Positions 12,309 to 24,237 of a stretch of 64,000 nucleotides of DNA are shown in pieces. The notes beneath the pieces are model-generated. The model had not been told where the DNA came from, did not search any database, and worked only from the letters and a program-made list of their open reading frames with translations. The stretch covers positions 186,001 through 250,000 of the forward strand of contig MU008170.1 in assembly GCA_010909165.1 (NCBI GenBank). The letters are read 5' to 3'. The position numbers were made by a program, and so were the translations under genes. How positions within the stretch are numbered: the first letter of the stretch is position 1; each line of letters opens with the position of its first letter. Origin of the DNA: Anthoceros angustus. Lineage: Eukaryota > Plantae > Anthocerotophyta.

Positions 12309-13967
12309 ATGAAGGGCTTCATGCGCACATTCTTAGGAAACACGGCCAACGGAGCCGGCTTGCCGGATGGGGAAGGAGTGGAAGGAGGAGCTGGAGGAGG
12401 AGGCTACAACAGGCGCCTGTCGGACGAGAGCTTCAAGACGTGCTTGACTCCGGAGGACGGATCCGAGTACACGGACAATGCCGCGCTGGCGGGTGCAGAG
12501 GCCGCGGAGCCGGGGGAGGACTCGGAGGTCTCCACGGCCGGGATGGAGGCCAACGGGAGGCTGGAGGAGAGCGAGGAGGCGGAGCTCATAGACAAGATGG
12601 CCGCGGCGCTGGCCGCCGTGTCGCAGCTGGAGCAGGCGTACATGACGCTGCAGGAGACGGTGTACGTGGAGAAGCACTGCGCGCAGTGCCCGCCCGAGTG
12701 CGCCGTGCTGCGGTGCCAGAGCTGCAGCTGCAGAGTCCAGCTGCGGGAGTTCGGGAACGCCAGGGACGTGTTCAACGATGTCTGCCACGCCAAGGGCCTG
12801 GTGCTGGAGATGCAGGAGGGGCGGGGAGTGGACGCGATCGCGGCTCTCCGGGCGGAGAGCGCGAAGCGGATTAAGAAGCTGGAGCGGCAGCTGAGCATGC
12901 GGGAGAAGGAGTGTTCGTGGAAGGAGAAGGAGCTGGAGAAGGAGAGGGAGAAGGCCAGTGCTGTGATGCTCAAATTGAAGCAAGATGTGGAGCAGCTGCA
13001 GGAGCATCTGGCGCAGGTGCAAGACGAGAGGATGGCGCAGGTGGCCAAGCTGAACAGGACCATCAGCCAGACGAGGGAGGAGAATGAGCGGCTCACGCTG
13101 CAGGTGAAGGAGCTTGAGCTGAAGAACGGGGAGGGGAACGGGAATGGGAAGGAGACGGCATCCGCGCCGGCGGCTGCTCCGGTGCCGGTGCCCGTGCCGG
13201 TGCCGGTTGTTGTGGACTCTCCGTCCGAGGGGAACCTTAAGCTGTTTGAGGCTGCGGTTGTCGGTGTGAAGCAGTCGCTTAGCCTCTTCACCAAGCAGTA
13301 TATGCACACGCTGAAGAGGGCCGGGCTGAGTGTGGATATCGTGGCTAACGGGCTGCAACCGGGCATTCTCCAGCCTGGAATGACCTTCTCCAAGCCTGCG
13401 CACGTCAAGTTCGTATTCGAGGCTCACATCAGCACGACCTTCTTCGACGGATTTGAGGATGAAGATTACGGTCTGGGAGGAAGTGCTCCCCCGACGGACC
13501 CTGACAGCAGCTTTGCGGAGTATGAGAGACTCAAGTGCATGAGCCCGTCGGAGTTTATGGAAGGGACCTACGACGAAGGTCAGTTTGGGAGTTTTTGCCG
13601 TGCAAAGTTCATGGAGCTCATGTCTGACGAATTAGACGAGGCTTTCTTTGGCCCGGATGATCGACATCTGCCGCTAGTGCTTCACGGGTGCCATCCGGAG
13701 AGCCGTTTCTATGAGAACTTTGTCATCCTGGCCAGCTCTGTGTGGATGCTCCACAAGCTAGCCTACTCTTTCCAGACGCCTGCAAGGATGTTCGCGGTGA
13801 AGTCAGGCCACCTAGTCGACCTGTCTTTCATGGAGAGCGTGACTTCTGAGGACGACAGGGATCTCAGTGTAGGCCCTAGAGTTGGATTCATGGTCATCCC
13901 TGGGTTTCGGCTGGGCAGAACAATTTTCAAGAGCTACGTCTATTTGCAATGGCCCAAGGGAAGATGA
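12309..13967 (+). CDS. GIL1/IRK-interacting-protein-like (DUF641-related) coiled-coil protein, single exon, 552 aa
   Basis: AAVSQLEQAYMTLQ (DUF641-like), a long coiled coil, and the C-terminal GIL1/IRKI-type motif LASSVWMLHKLAYSF..FMESV..VGFMVIPGFRLG..KSYVYL. Strong GC3 bias. Confidence 0.85.
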   Translation: MKGFMRTFLGNTANGAGLPDGEGVEGGAGGGGYNRRLSDESFKTCLTPEDGSEYTDNAALAGAEAAEPGEDSEVSTAGMEANGRLEESEEAELIDKMAAALAAVSQLEQAYMTLQETVYVEKHCAQCPPECAVLRCQSCSCRVQLREFGNARDVFNDVCHAKGLVLEMQEGRGVDAIAALRAESAKRIKKLERQLSMREKECSWKEKELEKEREKASAVMLKLKQDVEQLQEHLAQVQDERMAQVAKLNRTISQTREENERLTLQVKELELKNGEGNGNGKETASAPAAAPVPVPVPVPVVVDSPSEGNLKLFEAAVVGVKQSLSLFTKQYMHTLKRAGLSVDIVANGLQPGILQPGMTFSKPAHVKFVFEAHISTTFFDGFEDEDYGLGGSAPPTDPDSSFAEYERLKCMSPSEFMEGTYDEGQFGSFCRAKFMELMSDELDEAFFGPDDRHLPLVLHGCHPESRFYENFVILASSVWMLHKLAYSFQTPARMFAVKSGHLVDLSFMESVTSEDDRDLSVGPRVGFMVIPGFRLGRTIFKSYVYLQWPKGR

Positions 13968-16830
13968 TGATCTCCCCACTCACACCTTTAGCCAGATTCT
14001 TATTTACTGCTAGTTTTCCAGTCCTGTCGGCTACCTATTTCTTTGCAACCAATTTTGAGGAAGTGTTCGACGTTGTTCCAATCAATGTACCAGTGGGTGT
14101 ATCGTCCCTTATTGTGCGCATTCAGTGTTGTTGTTTTGTTTTCTTCAGTTGTGACAGCCTGGAAAGACGTGGGCAAACAGGCAACAGAGGTACCTCACCC
14201 CTTAACCTGCAGATGCATAGAATGGAGGAGGCTGTGGATGTGGTTTGCTACGCCTTTCCTCCAGGAACCCCAGTAACTGATGCATCCTTGTGTGACGCAG
14301 CTTTCCTACAAGCCCTTCGGCATTCATTAACCTGTATGCCTGCACGATGAGAGATTGGGCGGGAAGGCAAAGGCTTTTCATGGCTTGCAAAAGCTTATCA
14401 GCACTTTGCAGTTGCCCTGACTTTTGCATATGCCTTTCACAGGACCGAAGGGACAGGATCCTTCGGTGTAATCCCAGCTTTCGCCAACTCCTGAAAATGG
14501 CTCTATGATTCGACGGGAAATATTGTCGGAAGGAAGGGAAGAAAGATGCGCTCACTCCAACAAAACATAATTGCTCCTAAAGATTGTACCTATAGTACCT
14601 ATAACCCTGGCCGAGGAAGACCAGTCAAAGGTCACACAATGTACCCTGTAGAAAGAGGGTGAGACAAAAATTCAACCTCTAGCCTTCACGACCTCATTTC
14701 CTCCCCTCTCTCCCCTAAATGTTTGTTCCCTAGGCTGGGCATTCAGAAGAGGAGCAATTGCAGTCCGTCGATATGTAATATGCTTGCCTTCTTCCGTGAC
14801 GTCATGTGCTTCAATGGGATGGTTGCAACGAACAGGCAACGTCATACTCACTGCTCTGGAATAAACTCGCGATGTTGCAAGGCAGCGTTTGCAATATCGG
14901 AAAGCAGGACCCGGAGCACGCAGCACGCAAGGTGCGAGTTCCCCAAGTAGCGGGTCCCCACCTGAATCAGATAGCACAAATCCTATTTCCTCCTCATCAG
15001 CTCCCGTTTCCGATAGCCATCGAATGAAAAGCACCGCCTGAGGACACCTGTTGTCGATACATCTCACGAGGACTCCAACGTTGCCTTGAACAAAGATCCC
15101 AAACGGTCGCAGAACCCACAGATGCCTGTGTGTGTCAACCATTTATCTTTCAGGTTTCTCCAAACCGCCCCTGATTGATACCGGTCCGGTCCGCGCCGGT
15201 TCCGGTTCCAGTTCCATTTCCAGTTCCAGTTCTCCTCGCACTCAACGCATCTGGCCGACTTGGATGCGTATCTCGGATTGTATCAGCTTCCCTAAATCAA
15301 AGCTAAGTTATGCTCGAGCCTTGAGCCTGGAGATCTTGCCCTTGCAACGGGGAGACGCAGCACTCAGATTAGGTACAATGTCGAGCTCCTGAATACATAC
15401 CTACTGAAACAACTGTCATCAACGCAGCTTCTTGGACGGCTTCCATGAGAATGGTCACCTACAAGGTGGACGTGGGGAGGTGACGTTGGAGTCCCGTTGG
15501 TCCCTAGCCCAGTCAAATATCGCCAGTGAGGTTACACTGGTTGTTATTGAAATAGATATAGGTCTTTTCGAATCCGACTCCACTCCACTTGACTCGACTC
15601 GACTCGCTCCATGTTGTTGAAGCTTGAAAATCCCCATCTCCTTCTCAGCACATTGCGGACCATTATCTGACCTTTTTCGCCACGAAAAAAAAAAACCATC
15701 TGCATGGAAGAAGCGAAGAGTGTGCATTTTGGTGTGAGAGAGATCATGAACGTAATCCATGCAATTAGTGGGCGCCAATCTAGTGCCGATTCTTATGTAT
15801 GATGATCCGGGAGGCGGGCGCACGGTAGCTTTGGCCGGCGATGGCATCATGTCAAAGTTACCGCACCTACCCTGACACCGGTGCGCACGTTCGGCCTGGT
15901 CCCAGCCTCGGCACAATGATTGGGCATGGTTGGTGGACGCGGGGGTCCGAGGCGCCAGCTCGGCGGGCTCCGAGGTCCGGCTGGGCCAGGGGAAGGAAGG
16001 GGAAGGGGAAAGGAAAAGGAAAACGCCTACAATATGTATGTATGTACTATGTAGGGAAGTATATGTACATATGTATACACATGTGTAAGATAAGGGGATA
16101 AAGGAGCAGCTTCCCTTCCCTTCGCTTCCCTTCCCCTCCCCTTTCTTCGTGGATACGTAGAGTATGTAGGAGGGCAGGCCAGTATAAAGGCAGGAGTGGG
16201 GCCCGCATCCACCCTGCCACAAGGCAGCAGGCTTGATGAGTCTGACGCTCGGAGAAGAGTAAAAAAGAAGCCCGCCTGGACCTTGGCTGCCGGGCGCCAG
16301 CTTCTCCTCTTTCTGCCTACAGACTACATACTGCCCTTGCCGCGGCTGATAGCACTCCGGCTTGGCGTGCTCGAGTCGGGAGACGCAGGCCTGCCCAGCC
16401 CAGCCTAGCCCAGCCCGCCCGCCAGGGGTCTGTCCGAAGCCGAGCTCAGATGCGCGCGGCCCCCTGGCGCGCGTCGGCCTGAAGCGCCCGCTGGAAGCCC
16501 CCGATGAGGCGCGGGGCCGCGGCAGCAGCACCACGCAGGCGCAGGCGGGAGGGAGGCCGCGGCGGCGCCCACGGCGCTGCGGAGCAGAGCAGAAGCGCGC
16601 GGTGGTGCAGGAGCGGCGCTGCGGATTCCAGATCTGCCACATTGCTCCGCTAGGGTGAGCGGCAGCGGCAGCGGCAACGGTAGCGGAGGTGGAGCAGGAC
16701 GAGGAGGAGCGGCGGGAGTCAGCCGCGTATGCGCCTGGCTGCCACCGGCCATCGCGGGGCCGCTGCTCTGCGCCTCCTCTAGGGTTTATGTTCCACCCGG
16801 GCAGCTCTCCGGAGAGAGCGGGTGCCGACA

Positions 16831-19215
16831 ATGCAGGTCCACATTTCGCCTAGCATGAGACGCATCACCATTTCCACCACCAATGGCTTCCTGGATCCCA
16901 TGAAGATTAAAGGCGTCGCGCGCTACCTCTCCTACCGATGCCTCTTCTGGTCCATCCTCGTGCTGGCCTTCATTTTCCCCCTCCTCTTCATCACCACTGC
17001 GCTGGTCACTCTGGAGGGAGCCAGCAAGTGCGCCACACCCTGTGAGTTGCCAATGCTGGATCTCGCCCGCCGGAGCTCTCGTCCAGATCTTTCTCTTTTC
17101 TTCTCTTCTCGTCGGTGCGATCTGCTTCTTTTCCCGGATCTTGTGCTCAGGCTTTGCCTTTTTTTCCTTCCTGCCAGATTGTATGGGCCGGAAGTTTGGA
17201 CCGACTCCTTACTGGGGGGGAAATCGCGCCAGAGTGAGTTCATACTGTTTCCTTCTCCGATTCTATTGGGATTGGTGTTGATGTCGGTTTGGGAAGGTGG
17301 AATTTCTGTTTGAGGGATTAGAATCTCACCAGCAGGCTCGGCTCGGCTTCGCGACTGCCAGGATTTCTCTCCCCGGATTCTGCGCCTCGGAGGTGCCGAG
17401 ATTAGCGCTGCAGTCGTGGTCCGATGTTGCCGAGTTGTGCGGGGAAGGATTCGGAAGTTGTTGTGCGGGGCGGGATGCTGACCGCTCTGCCGCTCTGTTC
17501 CTGTTTGTGCAGAGGAGGATGGAGGAGCTGTACTCCACGCTTCTGGATTCAGACAAAATCCCCTTGGAGGGCCAAAAAATCCCGAACAGTATCGAAGAAT
17601 TAGTTTCGGACGCCAAAGCCAACAACTACGATACCAAGGCCATCATGCTCAACCTGAAGGCGATGGTGCGTAGCCTGGTTTAGTATCCCGCTGGCACAGT
17701 CCCCCGTTCCCTTTCAGCTGGTGTGAGTCCTGATCAATCCCTCTTTGCGCTGTGCCAGGTTGACGTTTATGAGGAGCGAGCCAGGGCGGCGAAGCTGCAG
17801 GAGGCTCTCTACCGCCATTTTGCATCTAGTGGTATCCCGAAAGGGATGTATTGCTTGTCCCTCAAGCTGACAGCAGAGTATTCGACGAATGCCCTGGCTA
17901 GGCAGGAACTTCCTTCCCCTGATCTAGCTCCACGTCTCACTGACAACTCATATCATCACCTGGTGGTGGCAACAGACAATGTCCTAGCAGCTTCCGTTGT
18001 GGTATCCTCTGCTATCAAGAACTCTGCTGATCCCGAGAAGGTGGTCTTTCATATAATTACAGACAAAAAGACTTTCGCAGCCATGCACGCATGGTTTTCT
18101 TTGAATCCTATGTCCCCTGCCATAGTGGAGGTCAAGGGTGTTCATCAGTTCTCTTGGCTGACCAAGGACCATGTTCCTGTGCTGGACGCCATCGAGAACT
18201 CCCGTGATATCAAGCAGTACTATCACGGGGATCATGCAGCAGGGGCGGATATGAATGTTTCCTCATCTGCTTTAGCATCCAAACTGCAAGCCCGCAGCCC
18301 CAAGTATATATCAATCATGAATCATCTTCGAATCTATCTGCCAGAGGTATGCATTCTTGAGTTGCATGTTGTTGGCCATGCTTCTTCTTCTTTGCTATCT
18401 GGTCCATTCCTTCTCAGAATGTGCCACTGCAAACTACCCCAGCTGTTTCAAAACGGGACCAGGGGAAGTCGTTCTGACTAAATTTGTTGTGATTGGCCGC
18501 AGTTGTTCCCCGCCTTGAATAAAGTTGTATTTTTGGATGATGATGTTGTCGTTCAAAGGGATCTATCTCCGTTATGGGACATTGACCTTCATGGCAAGGT
18601 CAATGGCGCAGTTGAAACATGCAAAGGCGAAGACAAGTGGGTTATGTCGAAAACATTCAAGAATTACTTTAATTTCTCACATCCCATGGTGAATCAAAGA
18701 TTTGATGCTGATCGGTGTGCTTGGGCTTATGGTATGAACGTGTTTGATCTCCAAGCCTGGAGACTAACTGATATCACCACCGTATACCACTTTTGGCAAA
18801 AACAGGTAAGGCTCTATGGTATCTTTCATTTCTGCTACAAGCGTTTCTCAGGCTGGCTCTCTTCCCGAATCATTGTCCAGGACACTGCATCTCGGTTGGT
18901 ACTAACATCGGGTTGCTTTGGAACTTGCAGAACCTGAGGCAGAATCTGACTTTATGGCGCCTTGGAACTCTTCCTCCTGCGCTCATTGCTTTCGACGGGT
19001 ATGTACATCCCATTGATTCATCTTGGCACATGCTGGGCTTAGGTTATCATCCAAAGAGTAATGTCACACACGTCCAACAGTCCGCTGTTATTCATTATAA
19101 TGGCCAAGCCAAACCTTGGCTAGATATTGCTTTTCCCGAATTGAGACACTTTTGGACCAAGTACGTGGATTACTCAAACGAATTCATTAGACAATGTAAC
19201 ATTCTGGAGTCGTAG
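16831..19215 (+). CDS. GAUT: Galacturonosyltransferase (GT8), GAUT13/14 clade; 6 exons
   Basis: Starts MQVHISPSMRRITIS, followed by a TM anchor. GT8 motifs HLVVATDNVLAASVVV, HLRIYLPE, KVVFLDDDVVVQRDLSPLW, WAYGMN, LGTLPPAL and HYNGQAKPWL. GT donors at 17042, 17233, ~17666, ~18347, ~18806. Stop at 19213-19215. Confidence 0.95.
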
Positions 19216-20658
19216 CATTATTTGTGAAACTTCATCACTCATTCTTTTGATCATAAGCTGGTGGCTATTTGTGACCTCCCAACATCAAAAACTGCTTCCG
19301 TCTTCCTCAAGCTGAGACTGGGTGCTGATTGCGAGAGCCTTGTACTATCTCTTCCTTCCAGCTTGTGTTTTTGGTGAATTGTAAGTGTGCATGGTGGTGC
19401 CGGGCTGTGCTCCCGTTCAGCAGCTATGGTCATGAGCCCTTTATCCCTGGTGCGCTTCGCATCAGTTCAAATGGGCGAACTTGGCCGCGGTGGTAAAGGA
19501 GCTGTCGAGAAGCTGTCCCATTGTCGGCAGTCCTGGAAAGTACCAGGGCTTGATGGTGATGGGCAAGTGTAAATTTACATTAGGCCCCACTGAAGTCTGC
19601 AACAGGCAATTGGCAGTATATCACAGGCTGCTGGATGGGCCCTAAGCAGATCTACAGGCAAAGCAGCTGTGAGCAGTGGCAGTCGTAAGGTACGCTGGCA
19701 TCCATTACCCGTCACCCTCAGAAATGGAGCGACACAGATGAGACTTTTGTCCTGCTCAACAGCCACATTTGTGTTGATTGGCTGAGGGTGCCCATCGGAG
19801 AAAGAGAGCTGGCCAAATTGGTTGTCGCAGCAGACATGTATATGGAGGCCCCACACGTTCCTGCAACGTGGGATTGGTACCGTGCAAAGCAACTAGTCTT
19901 TGACTATTTACCTCAAGCGACAGAGACGGACCTGGATAACAATTTGTTATAAGTTACTGTAAAACTCAGTCGCCACCTTTCACTGGACAGTGGGCACAAG
20001 TCCACTTGTAGTCCTCACGTGTGGCATGAAGTGCAGAAACGACCTCCCTTAGCTAATATATAGTTCGACTGTCACTTTCTGCTGCTAACCTCCAGCTACT
20101 GTATGTACATCACGTTCGCCTGGAACTGGAACCCTCGCCAGAGTGCTCTTTTGACTTGCGACGGGCCTTCGTGATCAGGTCGGGCAGTCAACTATGCCAG
20201 TTCCATACTGTAAGTTTCTTTATCTCATCGTGGTTCTTATGCGTGTACTGAAAAGATCTCCAATCATTCTTTTAATAAGACTGTTGATTCATCTGGTGCT
20301 TTAGTTCTATATAATTTTTCTTATATAAGTTCTTAATTATTCTTTATGTGCAATTTTATTTTTTATCTTAACTAGATTTTCTTTTTGTAAATCCATCATT
20401 CATAGGATATTTCTTTATTAAATAGGAAGAAATTGGATAAAAGCATATATTATAGGACACCTTATTAAATACAAAGAGATAAGATAAACTCATCTACCAT
20501 AGACATCTTGATGAGAAAACCACTAGGTTGACGAAAACTATGCTTCCCATAATGCAACACCGGGGGTAAGGGCTCTTAAGCAAAGTAGCAATGTGTGTCC
20601 AAATGGCTCAGTCCAAATGGACACATATTTATAAGGACGCCGATGTTAAGCATCCTAC

Positions 20659-21192
20659 GCTTAGATGGGTACTTAGTTGGGGTGCCTAGAGGGCTTAGAT
20701 GGGTACTTAGTTGGGGTGCCTAGAGGGCTTAGATGGGTACTTAGTTGGGGTGCCTAGAGGGCTTAGATGGGTACTTAGTTGGGGTTTAGAGGGCTTAGAT
20801 GGGTACTTAGTTGGGGCCTAGAGGGCTTAGATGGGTACTTAGTTGGGGTGCCTAGAGGGCTTAGATGGGTACTTAGTTGGGGTGCCTAGAGGGCTTAGAT
20901 GGGTACTTAGTTGGGGTGCCTAGAGGGCTTAGATGGGTGCTGGTTAGGGTGCCTAGGGCTTAGATGGGTACTTGGTTGGGGTGCCTAGAGGGCTTAGATG
21001 GGTACTTGGTTGGGGTGCCTAGAGGCTTAGATGGGTACTTGCTGGTTGGGGTGCCTAGAGGCTTAGATGGGTACTTGGTTGGGGTGCCTAGAGGGCTTAG
21101 ATGGGTACTTAGTTGGGGTGCCTAGAGGGCTTAGATGGGTACTTAGTTGGGGTGCCTAGAGGGCTTAGATGGGTACTTAGTTGGGGTGCCTA
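20659..21192. repeat. 34-bp minisatellite, about 16 copies (GCTTAGATGGGTACTTAGTTGGGGTGCCTAGAGG) inside an LTR-like repeat (20598-21309)
   Basis: Period 34 (TTAGATGGG at 20661, 20695, ...). No spacers. A minus-strand TATAAATA lies just downstream of the array (~20625-20633). Confidence 0.95.
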
Positions 21193-24100
21193 AGGCAGTG
21201 GATGCCCTTGGTGCAAGAAGCTTAGGCACACCATGGTACAAGTTGTGAAGTGCCAAGTGCCATGATACAAAAAATTCCATCCAAGTGGACTAGAACAGAC
21301 TTCTTCTTCTTATAAGTCCTCTAAAGAGCAATAAATATGCGTTTGCCAATAAAAAGTGATGGATTAGGAACGCGAGAGTACCCCTACTAGATGAAAAGGA
21401 AGATAAATAAGAATCGACCCACGACAACGACTTGCTCAAGTTAGGTGAAAACGAAGATAAAGAAGTTATCGCAGACGAATTGTGTATCTCACTAGAATTG
21501 AGAAGCTATGAGTCCAACTTATTGGCCCAAGTGAGAAAAGTGACTCTGATACAACTCATATTATTAGATGTTGCAAGGTTTTCCATGGTATGTGCTTGGT
21601 TGTGTGCGGAGTTTACAACTGTATCACCTTGGAAATGAGCAACCTTTCTCATCCTTCTGTGTTGGCTAGCAACTTTGTTTATTAGATCCTTCGGAATCTT
21701 TTAAATAATTGCACTTGATTTTCATTTTTATTTATGTATCAAACTCATCACAACATAAAAGACCAACTCATCACTAAGGTTTCTCAAACCTATCATAATG
21801 TTCGTAGTTAATTCCCTATTTAAATTTAGTTCATGAACAGCCGGATTTTTAATGATAATTTCAACCAAAAGTGCGTATGTGTGCATTGGGATTCAAGTTT
21901 TCAAAAAATAACTGTTCGACCTAATTTTTATTTTTAACCAATTTAAATTTAAATTTATTACTTAAAATAATCAATAGTAATACATTCAAAAGAATATATA
22001 TTGATAATTCAGAAATTATTCATTAATAATACTACATCATTCGTTAATGATTCAAAGTTATTTGTTAAACTCAGGTCTTCAGGTTTAAATCCATTATATC
22101 CTTGATATTTAAGTTATATTTAATATATTTTAAATATAAGATATGTATGGCACGTATTTATTACTGTACGTATGCCCGGCCCTAGAGTCACCGTAGATGC
22201 TACTCTGAGAAAGGCGAAACAAACACTAGCGATGAGGAGGTCCCCGAAGGCGGACAAAGCACCGTCCACGTCGAATTGATATGTTTGTGTTCTGCCATCA
22301 ACTTATGAAGAATGCGCGCATTCAAAGCATGTCGGAGCTCCAGCTGGAGCTGCATCTCGGATGGCACCAAGCTAGCGAGACCGGCCCGCGTCCCAAGCAG
22401 CTGCAGGAAGTGTCATCAGCCAGCAGCCACGAGCGCTCCCTTCAGAAGTTCAGAGCATGAAGACAACCTACCATCGGTGGCCATGGCAATGTGCGAACCG
22501 CGAATCCGAGTGTCGCGCACTCTAGGGATATGCACGCTGCCACTTCCGTGCTGAATATCACTCATTCTTGGAACTTCCAGGTGAGACGCAAACGGAGACC
22601 AAGCGCGTGGCAGACATTCGCGAACCACGCGAAGTGTCGCGTTGTCTAGGTCGTCACGCGCCCCCACGCCTCCCTACCGCGATTCGCGTAGGCGTTCGAA
22701 TTCCGCATTCAAACTGGAGACGCCACCGCAGCCCCTGCCAGACTCCAGTTCGATATAGGAATGAAGTGGCCAAGGGCTCGGGCCTGGACCCCGTGAGCGC
22801 CCTTGCCGCTACGTATGTACTTCGTGCAATCGCAAGTTGCAACGCTGTCCCCCTTCTTGGCAACTTCGCATGGACACGTCGCCCCTTTCCAGGAGGCAGT
22901 CGGCGAAGCATGTGGTATGCTTTTCACCACCCGCAAGGACGACATGAATGACACATGGGAGGCTTGGCCCCTCCAACCTGCGCATGCACCGGGATCACCT
23001 CGTCAAAATATATTCACCGTTCTCTCTCTTTTTCAAAATCACCTCACTGCGTACGACGAGACCCAACATATCCTATCACATAACCGTACATACATCAAAA
23101 GCATGCATAAAATTTACAATTAAATTTAATTATATCAACTTATTAAATCATACAGATAAAAAATTATTTATAAAAGATATTTAAAATTAGACTCCATTAT
23201 TTAAAATAGAAAATAATATTCATATATGATTTCTTAAATTTAGATAAATAGGTATTATATAAAAAATTAAATAAATAATTTTATAATATGTATCCATGCA
23301 ATCTAATCTTTGACTTCTTCTCAACAAGCAAGATGTAAAGCATGTTAAGATAGCAGAATTGAATGAAAAGGGTTTTTATTGAGGTGAAAAAATGATGGGA
23401 AAAGCTCATCTAGGAGGGGATAACCAAGGGGGATCAGGGTTCGAGGAAGGGGACCAGGGTTCGAGGTGGAGAGGAGCAACTAAGCTCCCTACCTAAAGTC
23501 ACCTACAGCACCCACAATGTCATATGCAGGAAGAATAAACGACCTGCAAACCGCAAACCACGAAGGTAGAGGAAGATGCAGAATTGAACTATGTTGAACA
23601 TCCAATGTTGGGCATAGTAATGTCAAATTGGTTATGTGTAATTGACTTCTTTGGAACCGGATGGAAAGCCAATTGTATTGGACTGAATTTGCTATTTGTC
23701 CTATGGTGGACCTATGGGTGCTGAATTTGCTATGTGGGTATTGCTTGAACTCAACTATAAATGTTGCTATGCTGGCAGGGCTGCTGGATGCTCGATTTGT
23801 GTGTGTAGTGTGTTGTTCGTGCAGGAAAGTTATTGCTTTTGCTAATCCAGGTCGATCGGTCGATCATTGTTTTCGGGAGTCGGTGAGCGGAAAAAAGTGA
23901 ATGCTAGGTGTGAAAGGCGCAGAGGGAGCGTTGGTCGTGTGGGGTCTTGGGTGCAGGCCTGAGTGCCAAGGCCAGCGCGGGTGAACGCGGAGCGATGCGG
24001 GAGGGAGCCTGCGCGGGCCACGGAAGCGCGCCTGGAAAGAGCAGGCCGAGTAGGAGGAGCAGGGACATGGAGGGAGGTGTGTGATCGAGCTCACGACGTG

Positions 24101-24237
24101 GGCGGATCGGATTGGGCGAAATTGCAGGGGGCCCGGCCCGGTCCAGCCTTCTTGCCTCGCTCTTGTGCGCGTCTGTGGCAGCTGGCGCGGCTTTGGATGG
24201 TCGGGGGTGCCCGGGAGGCAGAGTCTGTTGCGCATCC

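Noticed and set aside
12206-13427. Long overlapping and antisense ORFs (222, 364, 334 aa)
   Set aside because: Shadow frames of the GC3-rich GIL1-like CDS.
20659-21192. CRISPR-like array (34-bp repeats)
   Set aside because: Units are head-to-tail with no unique spacers, there are no cas genes, and the context is eukaryotic. It is a minisatellite.
21540-21552. PBS-like TGTATCAGAGT on the minus strand
   Set aside because: Mismatched to TGGTATCAGAGC and not preceded by an LTR-terminal CA.
22281-22460. 59-aa ORF with an EAR-like LQLELHLG motif
   Set aside because: A short LxLxL pattern is expected by chance, and there is no other coding support.
21660-23330. Helitron-like arrangement (AT-rich flanks around a GC-rich core)
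   Set aside because: No 3' hairpin plus CTRR in the right spacing, and no convincing TIR/TSD pair found by eye.
23343-23600. Possible small solo LTR starting TGTTAAGA with a 20-bp duplication
   Set aside because: No matching end, TSD or second copy in the window.
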